64,000 nt of DNA. Source: an uncultured Candidatus Entotheonella sp. (GTDB lineage Bacteria; Tectomicrobia; Entotheonellia; Entotheonellales; Entotheonellaceae). The notes beneath the pieces are model-generated. The model did no database searches, was not told the DNA's origin, and saw nothing but the letters and a program-made list of their open reading frames with translations. A program made the position numbers and the translations under genes. Of this stretch, positions 63,056-64,000 are shown piece by piece (within the stretch, counting starts at the first letter, position 1; each line of letters opens with the position of its first letter). The stretch spans positions 1,024,001-1,088,000 of the forward strand of contig CBDCDA010000001.1 of assembly GCA_965215335.1 (NCBI GenBank), read 5' to 3'.

Positions 63056-64000
63056 TACATCAACGGGCAGGTGGACTTCATGCGGGCGACCGCTACCAGT
63101 GAGGAAATCGAGCGTTTCCGGCTTGAGAAAGATGACGTCCTCATTACCAAGGACTCCGAAACATGGGATGACATTGGGGTTTCCGCACTGGTAACGGAGG
63201 CTGCGGACGATCTTATCTCAGGCTATCACTTGGCCCTATTGCGCCCACAATCTGACAAGCTTGCGGGCGCCTATTTGCTTCGTGCTTTGCAGAGCAAGGG
63301 GCTGGCTTATCAGTTCCATATCAAGGCGAAGGGCGTAACCAGATACGGACTCTCCCATGCTGGTATCAAGTCGGCATGGCTCCCTCTGCCTTCCCTCCCC
63401 GAACAAACCGCCATCGTCCGCTTCCTCGACCACGCCGACCGGCGCATCCGGCGCTACATCCGCGCCAAGCAGAAGCTGGTCGCGCTGCTGGAGGAGCAGA
63501 AGCAGGGCCTCATCCACGAGGCCGTCACCGGCCAGATCGACGTCCGCACCGGCCAGCCCTACCCGGCCTACAAGCCTTCCGGCGTGGAGTGGCTGGGAGA
63601 TGTTTCGGCACATTGGGAACCCGCCAAGATCAAGAGCTTGGCTCGTCCTGGCTACAAGACTTTCGTGGATGGGGACTGGATTGAGAGTCCCTACATCACT
63701 CCGGATGGGATCCGCCTGATTCAGACCGGCAACATCGGCGTCGGCGAATACAGGGAGAAAGGGTTTCGCTATATCCGTGAAAACACCTTCAAGAGTTTTG
63801 GCTGTACTGAAGTCATGCCCGGTGACATTTTGATCTGCAGATTGGGGGAACCAGTTGCAAGGACTTGTATAGCCCCCAACCTTGGCAGACGGATGATCAC
63901 ATCTGTCGATGTCTGCATACTGAAACTTCCTGACGAAGCTAGCGCCCAGTTTCTTGTCTACAGCATGTCCTCTCGTCGTTACCTCGACTGGGTTGGATCG
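63056..64000 (+). pseudogene. hsdS: Type I R-M specificity subunit, 5'-truncated by IS5, continuing off the window
   Basis: Manual translation: DVLITKDSE..., GVTRYGL, LPSLPEQTAIVRFLD, LLEEQKQGLIHEAVTG, YKPSGVEWLG, then a second TRD. Confidence 0.88.

Overview
This is a GC-rich bacterial window in three parts. (1) About 1-40.5 kb is mostly metabolic genes: a sigma54-type nitrate/nitrite assimilation pair (NarK-type transporter plus a NirB-NirD fusion), a frameshifted K+-independent membrane pyrophosphatase, an RND efflux pair, acetoacetate-CoA ligase, hydrolases and oxidoreductases, a Cas4-like nuclease, an orphan DNA methyltransferase-like gene with a broken NPPY motif, a COG0523 GTPase, MucR, malate synthase, and a metal-permease-SPFH/HflC/HflK operon. 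(2) About 40.6-55.5 kb is an accessory island. It holds an IS5 nested in an IS481 remnant and a decayed conjugative module (TraD-like, MobH-like). After these comes an unusual, structure-rich block: twin stem-loops with a shared loop motif, about 11 tandem 45-bp hairpin repeats, ssb, a five-plus-cassette array of combinatorially shuffled coiled-coil/TM genes separated by a conserved hairpin spacer, a dense hairpin cluster with repeated GCGTCCAGC loops, and an intact tyrosine recombinase. The island ends with a type II R-M pair whose endonuclease is dead and an ISAzo13. (3) About 55.6-64 kb has a UGA-recoded UGSC-type selenoprotein candidate, an enolase-superfamily gene, a Fur-boxed DUF2325 gene, a truncated heme-type TonB receptor, a second IS5 copy and a 5'-truncated HsdS. 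The strongest candidate for an undescribed system is the 46.6-51.8 kb block. All calls come from reading motifs by eye; no database searches were run.
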